A stretch of DNA of 64,000 bases, from IMG/VR virus record IMGVR_UViG_3300031813_000006, positions 32,001 through 96,000 of that record, one strand, 5' to 3'. The notes beneath the pieces were generated by a model, which made no database searches, was not told where the DNA came from, and was given only the letters and a program-made list of their open reading frames with translations. The translations under genes and the position numbers were made by a program. The DNA comes from a virus. Taxonomy: Duplodnaviria > Caudoviricetes. This document shows, piece by piece, positions 9,061 through 20,200 of this stretch (its first letter is position 1; each line of letters starts with the position of its first letter).

Positions 9061-11276
9061 AAAGGTAAATGTTCACAAATATTAGTTTCTTCTTCTTCTT
9101 TAGATTCTTCTTGGGTTCCGTATTGTACAAAACCTCCTACAAGTTTATTTACTTCTTGTTCATTTAAATTTACACCTGCAAATTTAGATATCCAGTTAGT
9201 AAGTCCTTTCATCAACTGCTTCCACCAAATAGGTTTAGGTTTATTAACTAAAGTCTCTGCCCATCTTGCAGATAGTTCCATCAATAATTTTATTTTAGAT
9301 TCTTCACCATCTTTAGTAAAACCATAATCAAGCATTAAACTTTCTAATGATTTATGACCTGTTCTTTCTAAAAGTTCAGGTAACTTTTTCATAAGTTGTT
9401 CTTCAGCAGCATATAAAACACTACCTAATTCTTTAACACCACCTAATTCTTTAGCCATTCTTAACATACCTCTATGAGCTACTTCATGAATAGCTACTTT
9501 AGAAGCTTCATTTGCAGGAGTATTAGATGCTACAACTACTACTTTGTCATTCTTAGCATCATAATAACCTTGTATTAAATTAGAATTAGTTTTAGAAAAT
9601 GGTAAGTCACCATCATCTTCTCCAACTTGTCCCTGTCTTTGGTTCCATCTTTCCTGTGCTTCTGCCAACCTTCTATTCCTTTCATCAACTTCTCTTTTAT
9701 TATTTTCTATTATTCCTTTAATATAAGGATCTTTTTCAAGAGATTCTTCTAATTCATTGCTAATTTTACCACTTTGGTTTAATGATTGATAAAAATTAAA
9801 GCCATTATCTGTAATGCTATTTATAAGCATTTCTTTTACAAGTTCTCCAAAATAAGGTGCCTGTGGATTTATTTCTTCAAGTGCGTAACCTCCTCTAACT
9901 CTAAAATAAGCTCTATCTATAGCTTCATTATTATAAAGTTCAGGTTTTAAAAAATACTTTCCTACCCTTTGTAAAACATCTATATTTGCTAAAGTTTCTT
10001 CAACAGTATTTAAATCCATTACAATACGTTCTGATCTTTCCGTTTCAGATTCTTCTGTATCAAGTACTTCGTTCCATTCCATGTCCTGTCTATATCTTTC
10101 ATAGTCATAGTCATCATAGTCATCATGGTCATCATAGTCATTATCTGTTTTACCTTGTTCTCTAAATATTAAAGCGTTTCTAATAGTTTTATTATCTAAA
10201 TCTAAATTATGTTTATTAAAGAAAGCTATAGTATCATCTAAATAGTCAATAGACGCAATTTGATTATTATTTCTTGATGTAACTTCATTTACTTGAATTT
10301 TACCTTCAGCATTTTTTTCACGTTTTGCTTCAATACCAGTTATGGTAACCCCATTTACAATTAATATATAATTATCATAATTATATACATAAGACTCTGC
10401 CGTTGCACCTGCTGTACACCATGTTGAAGGTGATAATTTTTTTAATAATTCTACATTAGTTGCATGATCTTTACTATTTACATCTTGAACTCTAGGAATA
10501 TGAACCCAATACCCTTTACCACTTGCAGAAGGTTCATGATTAACAGCATCAGAAAGTATTGCTAAAACTTCTTGGTCATATAGTTTTCCTAATCTATTAA
10601 TTTCATGAGGTTTATTCATTAACATACCATAGGTGTTTGTTAAAGCTATCTCACTTAGTTGTAGTACATATTTAGATCTTCTTTCTGGGTTTAGATATTT
10701 AATAGCATGTGTAAGCATTACCTCTTGAAAAGGTAAAGGATATTTACTCAATGCTAACACCCATTTATCAAAACTTTCTGAAGCTAATTTATTTTTTTTA
10801 AGTTCTGGATGATTACTTGATTCTTTTTTTTTATTGTAAATGGATTGAATCTTATTTAACAAATCAGATTCAGATTTAATAGTTTTTATATTACCTATTT
10901 TATCTTTATTTAATCCGGCCCAGTTAATTAAAAATTTATCATTAATCCCATTATCATTTAGAATATCTTTTAAAGATAAAAATAAATCAGTTCTACCTAG
11001 AATCTCTAAAGGGACTGCCTCAACTATTTGTACACTATTAGCAACTTCTGATGGTAATTCTGATTGTATAGCATCTCTTACTGTAGAAATAGTACCTGAA
11101 TTAGGTTTCAAATTTAGATTAGGAAACATATCTTTTTGAATCTGGTCCATTACTTCTTTTGGAGTAGCAATTTTACCATTATTTTCAAGATAATATTTAT
11201 AAGCCATGAGTTTACCAACCCTGTTTTCTAAGGTCTTCCATTCAGGTGAATTTCTATTAGGACAGGTTAAGTTCAT
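9057..11276 (-). CDS. Polyvalent virion cargo protein (CPNxNSxEWK N-terminus, WCT-motif domain, zincin HEVAH)
   Basis: 739 aa; SPSTWCTAG motif; GYYD...IHEVAHRG...ELSARWAE metallopeptidase pattern. ATGA overlaps with both neighbouring genes. Confidence 0.65.
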   Translation of the reverse strand: MNLTCPNRNSPEWKTLENRVGKLMAYKYYLENNGKIATPKEVMDQIQKDMFPNLNLKPNSGTISTVRDAIQSELPSEVANSVQIVEAVPLEILGRTDLFLSLKDILNDNGINDKFLINWAGLNKDKIGNIKTIKSESDLLNKIQSIYNKKKESSNHPELKKNKLASESFDKWVLALSKYPLPFQEVMLTHAIKYLNPERRSKYVLQLSEIALTNTYGMLMNKPHEINRLGKLYDQEVLAILSDAVNHEPSASGKGYWVHIPRVQDVNSKDHATNVELLKKLSPSTWCTAGATAESYVYNYDNYILIVNGVTITGIEAKREKNAEGKIQVNEVTSRNNNQIASIDYLDDTIAFFNKHNLDLDNKTIRNALIFREQGKTDNDYDDHDDYDDYDYERYRQDMEWNEVLDTEESETERSERIVMDLNTVEETLANIDVLQRVGKYFLKPELYNNEAIDRAYFRVRGGYALEEINPQAPYFGELVKEMLINSITDNGFNFYQSLNQSGKISNELEESLEKDPYIKGIIENNKREVDERNRRLAEAQERWNQRQGQVGEDDGDLPFSKTNSNLIQGYYDAKNDKVVVVASNTPANEASKVAIHEVAHRGMLRMAKELGGVKELGSVLYAAEEQLMKKLPELLERTGHKSLESLMLDYGFTKDGEESKIKLLMELSARWAETLVNKPKPIWWKQLMKGLTNWISKFAGVNLNEQEVNKLVGGFVQYGTQEESKEEEETNICEHLPF
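10101..10143. repeat. 9-bp tandem repeat encoding DYDDHDDYDDYDY
   Basis: Repeated TCATAGTCA-like units inside the 739 aa gene. Confidence 0.7.
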
Positions 11277-14200
11277 AGTACACCACAGAATTTAATCATG
11301 AAATCTAAAACATCTTTATCTGAAACAGGTTGTCTTTTTTGAAGTTCTTCAGTTCCTTCAGCCAAAGTTTCATAATTCTTGTTTCTAAAGTTAAAATTAT
11401 CCAACAATTGCTTTGACAAATATAAGAAAGTTTGGCGTCCTACCTCTGTTGAATTTGCTATTTTTTCACCAGTAACAGGGTTTCTTCCTATTAAACCTTG
11501 ACCATATCCGTTACTATTGAAGGTTATGATCTTACCTCTTTCTTTAAATTTCTTGAGAAGCTCAATAGAAGCGTCAATAGCTTTTATGTTTTGCTCATAA
11601 GTTTCATCAGTAAGAGTATTTTTCATTACTTCACTACCGGTATAGTTAGCTTTAATGACATTGGTACCTTTAGCATTCTTAACAAGTTTACCTTCATTAT
11701 CTCTAACTGCTTCAATCTTAGTACCTTCTGGAAAAGCTTTCTTGGTGGCAATACCTATTCTATTAGAAGTTTTTGCAGATCTTACATCTCCGTCAGTGTT
11801 AACTACTTGACTTAAAGGCATTCCTTCTGCTACTGTATTATAAACAAATATCCGGTTTGCGTTATTTGGATCTTCCAATATTAAAGGAATTCCTACTTGA
11901 GAATAGTTAATAGTATCAAAATGATATGTATTTATTAACGGATCTTTAGTAGGTTTAACCACAAAAGTTGTTGAAGTAGATTCATTAATATCTTCAATAG
12001 TACCTTTGTTCTTTAAAGATTCACTCCTCACTATAGATTCAAAACTAGAAGGAACCATATAGTCTTTAAACTTACTGTTCATTCTAGTTTTATAGTTGTT
12101 ATTAGCAACAAATTCAGAGTAGTAACTGTCTAATACAGACTCATTTAGATATTTATTGTATTTATTTACTACAGGTTTTAACATATTCATTAAACCATCT
12201 GTAGGGATTAATCTAGTTAACGCGTATCTACCTTTAGCATTCATACCTGATTGCATAAAAGCATAGTAAGGAAGCATTTTAAATAGATCAGTTATCAATT
12301 CCCTAGCACCTGGATCAGGCATCATATCTGGTGTTAGATTAGATAATTCAGATATGTTCTCATGAAGGGTGTTGATCTTGGTAGCATCTAATAAGGAATC
12401 TGTAAGATATAAGTGATTACTTCCTTTGACCATATTTTGGGCCATAACTTGGAAAATGTAATAGTCTTTAATGAATTCAGGATATAACTTCTTAATTTCC
12501 ATGAATCTATCAGCAAAACTATTCTCTCCATTGAACATCTTGTACGCGTTAAAAGAATTGTCCAGAGCCTTATCTCTTATATAAAATTGAAAAGCTATTC
12601 TTTTAACTTTAGCATCAAATTCTTCTTGAGTTTCATTTGCTTGTTTCTTTGCACCTGAATCTTTAAGTACATCATTAATAGCTTTTAAGAAGTTTGGATC
12701 AGTAGCTACTTTTTCAGGAGTTAAAGTACTTGTCAGATATGCGCGTTCTAAAGCAAAAGCATTAAACTCACGCTCTGTTGAAAAGGTTCCTGGTTCACAT
12801 AGTGCTAATTTTCTAGTTTTATCATAAAGAAACTTAACCTCTTCTAGAGTTTTAGCAGAGTTAGCTACAAATTCTTGATGTAAAGCATTCTTATCAATGT
12901 ATAATACACCGTCTTTAATAAAAGAACCAGTCTTTAATAAAGCAACGTTCTCTACTTTTACCCCTTTATAATCAGTGACAGCATTTAAATTAACCCCACG
13001 GATTTCATTTTGAAAGATGTAACTTACAAAATCATTGCTAAACTCTGACATAAACTTCTCTGTATCACCAAAAGTATCATCTACTATTTTACTGAAACCT
13101 TTAGTTCCCAACAACTTAAGTTTATAGTTATTCATGATATCACTATTACGCAACTTGAAAAATGGTTGCCATAATTTCTTCATATACTCTCCTATTTTAA
13201 AACTAGCAATAGGAGATTCAGTTATGATACTTTCAATCAAATCTCTATTTACTCTATCATTGGTCATCAATTGAGCCAATAAGTGATCCCTTGATATAGA
13301 ATCAAAAATACTTGCTGACTTTTTAGTATCAAAGTTTGTCTTAGTCTTTATCTCAGTAATTACCTTAGACATGTCTTCAATCTCTAAGAAATGCAAGAAA
13401 TTAGCAATCTCATCTTGACTAGCTACATATCTTGATTTATCTTCTAATGCACTATATTTTTCAATATTCTTTTGTAAAGTTTCAGGAGTAAATGCATTGT
13501 TAGAAGGTTCATCATAATACTTTTGAAGATTCTCTTCTATTTTATCATACATCAACTTATTGAAATTTTCTTTAGTATCTGTTAAGGTTTCTTTAGATAA
13601 TACATTTGTCTTATCTAATAAGTACTGACGGGCGGCAACTCTAAACCAATTAGGATTACCTGGGTCTTTACCTAAAGGTGTAGAGAAGGTACTCTTCCCT
13701 TGTTTCATCTCCATTACATACTCTCTAATCAAAGGTTGAGACACAAACAACACCGCTTCTTCAAAAGGGATACCAGCTTCAATCATATAATTTAAGGTTG
13801 GTAAAACTTCTTTTTCAGCATGTAAGTCAAATATCCAAGCACCTTTTGCAACATCCACGGAACCATTGATTAACTGATTAATGATGTCAGAAATCTTATT
13901 TTGAAATTTAGCATCATAAGTATGTGACAATGAAATGGCTTTTTGACCATTAGCCAGTGTTAAAAAATTATGATTCAATAATAACCTTTGATGTCTAGTA
14001 ACAGAAGTTTTTCTACCGGCTTGTGTAAATGTAGGATTCATATACATACCTATACGTTTAAATAGTGTATGATATGTATTAGCAACGGCTAGGATACCCA
14101 AAATTTGCTTACCTACATTATTAGCGGTATGCTTGGCTAAGTTATATCCTATTTCAAAAATACTTGTTCCTGAAGGTTTTTCTTTAGTCATTCCTGGTTC

Positions 14201-17200
14201 ATTTAAACTCTTCATCTTTTCAGAGAAAGGTCTAACAAGATCCACGGCGTTAGGTCTAACTAAACTACCAAAGTTAGATTTAAGAGATAGGATATTAGTC
14301 ATATCATCTATTAATGCATTCTCATAAGCTTTGCCATCATTACCGTTTAACCTAGCCACAGCATCTTCTAAATCTGCCTGTATAGGTTCCATCTCTTTAT
14401 CATATGCTTCATTCTCTAAATCAAATAGCTCACTCTTAAAGACTTTAAGATATTCTTTTCTATTCTGTTTAAAATCACTATCCAATTTAGCTTGTTTATT
14501 AATAGCTTCTATAAAGCCATCTTCTATCTTTTTGGCATATTCATAAGATCTCTTGTTATCTTTAAAACGTCCAACAATGTCATTATCATATTCACCTCTT
14601 GTTATTGCAGCAAATTCATTTTGAAGATATGCTATCTCAGTATTTAATTTAGTACTTTCTTCTTTGTAATCCTTTTTTAATTTATCAAAAAGAGCACGTT
14701 GGTCTGGTTCAAGATCTTTTACACCTGCTTTTTTTATAGATTTACTAACTTCATCATGCCATTCTCTAGATGCATTTAATTTTATTCTGATATCTCTGAT
14801 TGTATTTAATACCTCAGATTTAGATGCAATCTTTTCACCTGCTTTATATATCTTAACTTTATTTTCAATCCTATATAAATTAGGCATTAACGTAGTCATC
14901 TTATCCACGTCAAAGTCAGATCCTGATTTAGCAACAATTTCTGCTGGTGGAATAATGATATTACCAGAACTCTCAGGTAAGAAATGATGAATCTGCATGA
15001 ATTCCATAGCATTTAAACCCTGAACCGGGATACGTACCCCAACCATGGTTATCATCTTTCTGTTATCTTCTTTATCCAACCATTGTTCATTTTTAATCAA
15101 CTCATTTAAAGCATCCAATCTTTCTATACCTTTTTCTTTAGAAAGAACATACACGTCAGGATGGTTTAACAAGATTTTGAAATTGCCTTGCATTGATACT
15201 TTTACTTGTGCTGCTAAAACTGTTCTTCCGTCTGCACTCAATCTATAAGACAATAAATCATTGGTTGGAGAATACTTTTCTTTTTCTACATCCGTTGCAT
15301 TTTTCAACTTATCTTGCATGTGTTGCATAGATTCAAACCCTACTCCAGATACTTGAATAAGATTTTCACCAGTAACCTTTTGTCTAATAATTTTTTTATT
15401 TACAATAGCTGTTAAAAGTCTTTCTAACTTATCTGCATTCATAGATAAAGAAAGATCATTAACTAACTCTCTAGCCTCTTCATTATACTCAATAAAATCT
15501 TTTTCATGCTCTCCTAGATCTTGTCTATCAAGTTCTTTTTTCAAGAAAGCAATTAACTCTTTAGGATCTGCATTCTCTCCGCCTGCTTCTTCAAGTAATT
15601 GTTGTTTCTTAAACTCAGTTAATCTACTTAAATTAGACTCATATGATTGAATTAACTTCCAATTATCAGACTGATTAGCTTTTTCTTTATCACTTAATTT
15701 ATTCCATTCTTGTAATCTAGTATTATGATCTTTAAATTTTTTAGGTTTAAAGTCAGTAGGGATACCATTCTCCATTAAACCTTCTTCAATCAATTTTCTC
15801 AACTGTGTAGAGAAAATAGTGGTTCCTTTATATTTAGGTGCGGTATAAACCTGATTTTTAAAATACTTTAGAAATACATTATTATGTACAAAAGGATTAC
15901 TTGTAGTACTAAAGTCTGCTTGACGCGTTGTACTATGAGTACCTTGTTCATAAAAATTATCAGTTCTTCCTTTGTCTGTAAGAGTAGCCATTTTAGAACC
16001 TGATTTAAAAACAGTATAATCAACTCCTTCACGCATCATCTTATTATGCATTTGTTCTAATACAGTTCCTTTTATTAAATTAGGAATTAATGGCATTACC
16101 GCCATCTTATGCATAGCGTTTACACCTAAAGCTTGATCTCCATTATCTAATGGTCCCCAATATTGATACTTTTGTACAGGAAAGAATTCACTAACTTCAA
16201 GTGCAGAGACTGGTTTATCATTTATGATATCCTGAAACAACTGTTCTTGTTTTTCAGACCATTCACTGCGTAGTTTTAATAATGTTCTATAAGTATCAAA
16301 TGACATGTGAGCTTGAGCATTTGCTTCTTCCATGGCATAGTAATTCTTCTTCATTATATCATCTACCCTACTCTTTGCAGTTTTTCTAAAGGTTTCCTTA
16401 TCTTTTTCACTTGAATTATTATATGTAGGGTCTGCTTGTAATTTTTTTAACTCATCTTGATAAATTCCTTCAGCATACTCTTTATAATTAGCAGACTTAC
16501 TTTCTACATCATTTATAACAGCTGATGTCAATAAATGACTAAATTGTTTAATTAAATTAGGAACAAATCCTGCTACTCCTTTATTCTTTTCATTTTGTTT
16601 TGAAGCAAAAGGTCTTCCTAAAGTTTCATTAGCATACTTTAAAGCGGTTTCATCAATCCTATGATAAAGACCTGTTGCCATTACACCGGCGTTACGTTTA
16701 TTAAACTCTTCTTTCTCAATAACATATTGAGCAGGATCACCATACACCATAATAATTGATTCCATATGATGGATCCAAGAGTTAACAGTGTAACCTTTCA
16801 TGATTCTCTTTAAGATATCTTCTTTATCTAGTTTACTGAATTTATCTTTTAATTCTTCTCTAGCATTTCTTCTTAATTCAGTAATAAGATTATCAGCATA
16901 GAATTCAGATTTAGACATTATATCTAAATTAAGTTTAGTCTGATTATCAAAATACTTTGTTAACTCACTAGTTATAGCAGTCTTTAAAGCAATTGATTCA
17001 CTAGTTTTAGTAGCTAAATAATTAGTAAGAGGTATATCTAAAGCATACAATTTATCTTTAGTATCTTTACTCAAAACCTTATCAAAGATTACAAATTCCT
17101 GACCTCTTTTCATATAGTCAGTAACATTGTAGTCATCATTCTTAGTTTTTTCAGCTACCTTCATTCTATTGATTCTGACCAATTCACTGTTAACATACTT

Positions 17201-20200
17201 TAAAAGAAGAGCATGCATATTAGAATATGCGGCCTCAGGGGTAGCAATAAACCTATCATAATCAATATAGTATCTACCAGATGTACTACCTATTGAAAAA
17301 ATATGACTAAGTTTTTGAGTTACTGCGGTACTTTTATCAGCATGTTTAGAGTTTTCAATAGTCCCTCTCAATACACCACTATGGAATTCAGCAAGAAATT
17401 TAGAGAACTGATCCGCATCAGAAGATGTTACACCTTCTTTAGATCCTTCACCATCTTCCAATAACTGCATACCGGCAAGGTTTTCTAATAAAACCTTTAC
17501 TTTTGCTCTACCTTCATCAGTGTTTACTTCTCTCTTTTTACCACCGTTATCAAAATCAAAAATAGAATTTAACCAGATACTGTCTTTAATGAAAGGATTT
17601 TTGATAAACTTATAGTTCAACATATGAGGTAAAGAAACCAACTCTTGATAGGTATTTACAGAATTAATATCATTTACTAAATGGGTAAGTGTACTATTAA
17701 GAGTGTGTTCAAACTGTTGTTTACCTGCAGCATTGGTAGCCGCAAATGAAGCACCTTGTTCACCGTATCTACTTTGAATTTGTTGAAGTTCATTCCAAGT
17801 TTTAATTTCATTCTTTTCATCTTTTCCATCTGCTGATTTATAAGTCTTTTCAAAGATGTCTTCTAATGACTTTACAGTGTACTTACCATCTAGAATCTTC
17901 TGTAACTTGGCTTTAATAAAATTAGATCCAAATGCTTCAACCTCTTCTCTTAATTTCTTATTATTATCCATATACATCCCTAATGCATTATAAAACTCAT
18001 ATGAGTTGTTTATATGCGTAGGGAAGTCATTAAGAAGAGTTTTTATATCTAGTGTATTTACATTTGAAGAGTTTTTCTTTATGTATTTACTCTCAGGTAA
18101 TTTAGCAAAGTTGTTACTCCAGTTTCTTCCAATCATTTTGGATTCTCTAGAAGAGAAGCCCGGTTCTGCGTGAATTCTAGCAGTTGGTGTTCCAGTATCT
18201 AACATGTTAATGTTTAACTGAACTAACGGCATTCTAGATTTATTAAAGTCTTCAAAGAATTTATTCCACATAGTGAAGGCCGGTTCAGTAATACTATTAG
18301 CAGGACCAAGCTTACTAAGTAATTGAGTTACAATAGGAAACTCACCATTTTCATTTTCCTTTAATAACTTCTGTTCCATTTCTTCAGGAGAACGGGAACC
18401 TTCTAATATCTTAGTTAACTTATTCCAAATGGTAACAAAGTCAACTAATTTAGAAACACCTATTCTATTAGAAATAGTATGACCTTCTAAATTTATAGCA
18501 TGAAGACTTCTTATTAAATAAAGAGTTTCATCTGATGCCATTGAGGTTAATGATTGTTCATTACCTGCTTTACTACCAAGACTATCTGGAGTTTCTGCCT
18601 GATCAGCTTCTAAATCTGCAAAATACTTATCACTGAATGCCATGTACTTAGACATCTTCATATGATAATTCATTACACCTTTTCCATCAATTGTTCCACC
18701 TGGTTTGTTTACATCACCAAAGTTTTCAATAGCCCATTTTAAAGTATCTAACTTTCTTTGAATAGAAAGCTTTTCTAAAACATTAGTTTCTTTATGGTAT
18801 TGCTTAGTGTACTTAACGTTATAATAATTAAGCATTGCCTGAACAAACTTATAAGCTTCTGTTCTCTTTTTAGGATCAGATATTACTGAGGTAGTATTTT
18901 TAGTCCTACCAATAGACATATTCTTAAGTAGTCTCAGTTCTTCTCTTTCCTCTGCATTTAAAGGTTTAACTGTTTCACCATCAATGATAGTAGGTTTAAC
19001 AATTCTTTCTTGTTGTTGTAATTTAAGAAGTCTTAAGTAATCTTTATAACCACCTTGTACACCAGAATTCTTCCAGTCAATGTAATGAGAAAATAAAGAA
19101 TCCACGGTATCTACTAGTAAAGAAGAATCTTCATACTTAAGTGAAGGAGTAGGGTTAGCATCATCTAATGCTTCTACACCTTTATTAAGAACATCAAAAT
19201 TAGAATTAGCTTCACTGAAAGTGTATTTTTTTAAATCTCCTATACGTAAGTTTTCATATAAATCTCTTACGTTATTTATAGATTTAGCATCTGCTAAAGC
19301 ATCTTTTATAGATACACCTGTAAAAACTTGTTTTAAAAAGTTAGATATCTTTCTAAATAAAGAATTTCTTACAGGAGCACTCTTCTTTACATTAGATGAA
19401 AGCATGTAATTTCTAAAGTCTTCTGCTAAGTACTCTTCAAGTTCCATTGTAGTAGCTTCAGAAAACTTAACTACCCTTCCTCTGTAACTTCTAAAAGTTC
19501 CTGTTTGTTTTGAAACTTCTTTATATAGCTTAGTTTTCTCTTCACGTGTCAAAAACATCTGAGTAAATCCATGCCATGCTTCATGATAGATATCTGAATA
19601 ATCTGAACCCTTGTAAAGATTGATAGCATTTCCTACCCAGTTAGCAACACCATTTGGTTCATGAGTATTAACAGCATTGAATAATATATTCAATGTAAAA
19701 TGATGACGCAATGGAGAAGATTCATACCATTTCTTAGCATTTTCAAGTTGTTCAGGAGTAGCTTTAGCATCTAAATTTTTTGTACTTGCAAGTTTATTAA
19801 ACCCTGCAGCTGATAAAGCATCTAATAAATCTTGATCCGGCCCATCTATTGCTTTAGGAACTTCAGGTGTCTCAGGATCCAATTCTGTATCAACGTTTAA
19901 TTCTGGAACACCTGATTCCATATCAGTCAATACAGGTGAGAATTCAAAATGAGCATTAAGTGGGATTAACTCACCATTAGCATTAGGTTCATAATTAATG
20001 AAAGTGTTATCTGCTAAGAAACCTACAAGATTACCATCAGCATTTGATTTACTATACGGCATTGGTTTTTCTACCATTACATCTTTACCGTTTACTTTTG
20101 TAAAGCTAATGTCTTTAAACTCTGAAGAATGTAAATATGAAACAGCATCTATCTTTACAGCAGGACTCACCCACTTACTTACAGTTCCATCATTATTATA

